A stretch of 64,000 nt of DNA from Penicillus capitatus (Eukaryota > Plantae > Chlorophyta), in contig OZ287698.1 of the NCBI GenBank assembly GCA_965649825.1, positions 1,441,949 through 1,505,948 of the forward strand, in the 5' to 3' direction. Shown here piece after piece: positions 62,859 through 64,000 of this stretch. Positions within the stretch are counted from its first letter, which is position 1; each line of letters starts with the position of its first letter. The translations under genes were made by a program, and so were the position numbers. The notes under the pieces are model-generated. The model made no database searches, was not told where the DNA came from, and was given only the letters and a program-made list of their open reading frames with translations.

Positions 62859-63425
62859 ATGCAATTCGGTCCTCCTTCAAGAACATCATGTCACGCTGTA
62901 CCCGTCAAGGCTTTTTCTTACTGTGCAAAAAATAGACATGCGCATCGGCGCAGACAAAGCACAAGACGTCAGAGTTCGGAGGGAGAGGAGGTGAAGAGGC
63001 AAACCATCGACGAGCACTTTTGGTCAGAAGTCGAAGCGGCGCAGGAAGAGTTAGCGCGTCTGGAGCGCGAAAGGGAAGATTCTCTGCAGAAAGGTCTCCC
63101 ATGTTCGTTGTATTTCTTGTCCTTCAAGCAGAGTTCTGTCAGAATAGTCCGTCGCTTTTCCAAAAGAACGGACCGTCTTTTTCATTCTATTTCGGGTCTC
63201 TACGAAGAAGCTTTGAAACAAGTAAAATCAGGAAATGAAGAAGAAGCGCGTAAATCCCTCATGGTGCGTTGAATACTCACTCGATCTTTGTTGACATGTG
63301 GATGTCTTTACCTATACTAGACGAAGGCTGCTGTCGTTCGGGCGACCCACGTGGCGCAGGAGAAAGCATCAGTGCACTCTGCACTTGCGAGGAAGCTTGA
63401 AGAGGCCATTTGTAAGGATGACTAA
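62859..63425 (+). CDS. Putative plastid coiled-coil protein with a PspA/VIPP1-like segment
   Basis: Transit-peptide-like N-terminus and two introns. LYEEALKQVKSGNEEEARKSLMTK resembles the PspA AxxxxxxGxExxARxxLxxK pattern. Confidence 0.5.
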
Positions 63426-64000
63426 TCGATGATGATGTTCACGATCAATGAGCTTTTCTGTAGATAGAAAGCAGCTGCGTCTTCTGGACAAGGTTATTGA
63501 AGCCGGAAGGGGATTGCGAGACAAAGAGGTTCCCAGTTGAGTAATCTTGGGGAACCGTAGCGAGATGCACGGTGCGCGAGAGTATGGGGAAAAGATGGTG
63601 ATTTTGGTTCTAAGGATCTCAAGCGTATAGCAAATGGTTCTTTCACAGATGACACTAACGCGGTTCAGTACATGTAATCCCATGTCCTTCGATAGCTATT
63701 AAATGGCTCTCGCTATTCGTTTCACGATTGATCAACCTGTACTCCAAAATTCCTCTCTATGAACTCGCCGTCATTTGTGAAATCCAGTGCTCTAAATAAT
63801 CAGTAAAATAAAACACCCATTTAAGCTGCAATAATGCACAAAGACTATGCTTTTCCACGATTCCCATTTTCATCTTGAACATTGGACTTCGTAGACTAGA
63901 TAACAACTCGTTTGTTTCACCCGTGCTAGAATCTGAGTGGGGCCCCGTGGGATCATCGTTAAAGTCCTGCACCCGTCTTATCCTAGAACAGTAGACTTAT

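Noticed and set aside
63369-64000. DNA ligase-like fragment (SPYSRAPCISLRFPKI)
   Set aside because: The resemblance is one short motif; surrounding frames have stops and no KxDG motif is visible.

Overview
This 64-kb window is from a very gene-dense eukaryotic nuclear genome, most likely a chlorophyte green alga. That assignment is inferred from plant/algal-type CAT transporters, an ACA Ca2+-ATPase, an SGT1-like glycosyltransferase, an AtPH1-like protein and a UGA-containing selenoprotein T. The code is standard (TAA, TAG and TGA all end genes) and most introns are about 45-65 nt. I assembled about 37 protein-coding gene models by hand from GT/GC-AG boundaries, plus 2 tRNAs, a CAT pseudogene, an ORF1-only non-LTR retroelement, a dispersed ~360-bp repeat and a recent ~630-bp PNPase fragment duplication. 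Three things stand out. (1) Operon-like organisation: same-strand genes separated by only 11, 14, 16, 32, 45 and 52 nt, including a six-gene divergent cassette whose innermost ATGs are about 42 nt apart. (2) A six-paralog array of TerD-C2 fusions and single-C2 proteins next to a double-saposin gene, a candidate Ca2+-triggered membrane/wound-response locus. (3) A SelT gene with an unusually short SECIS-like hairpin, and a PNPase whose phosphate-binding motif looks degenerate. All family assignments come from recognising motifs by eye; no database search was run. Multi-exon features are given as start-to-stop spans.
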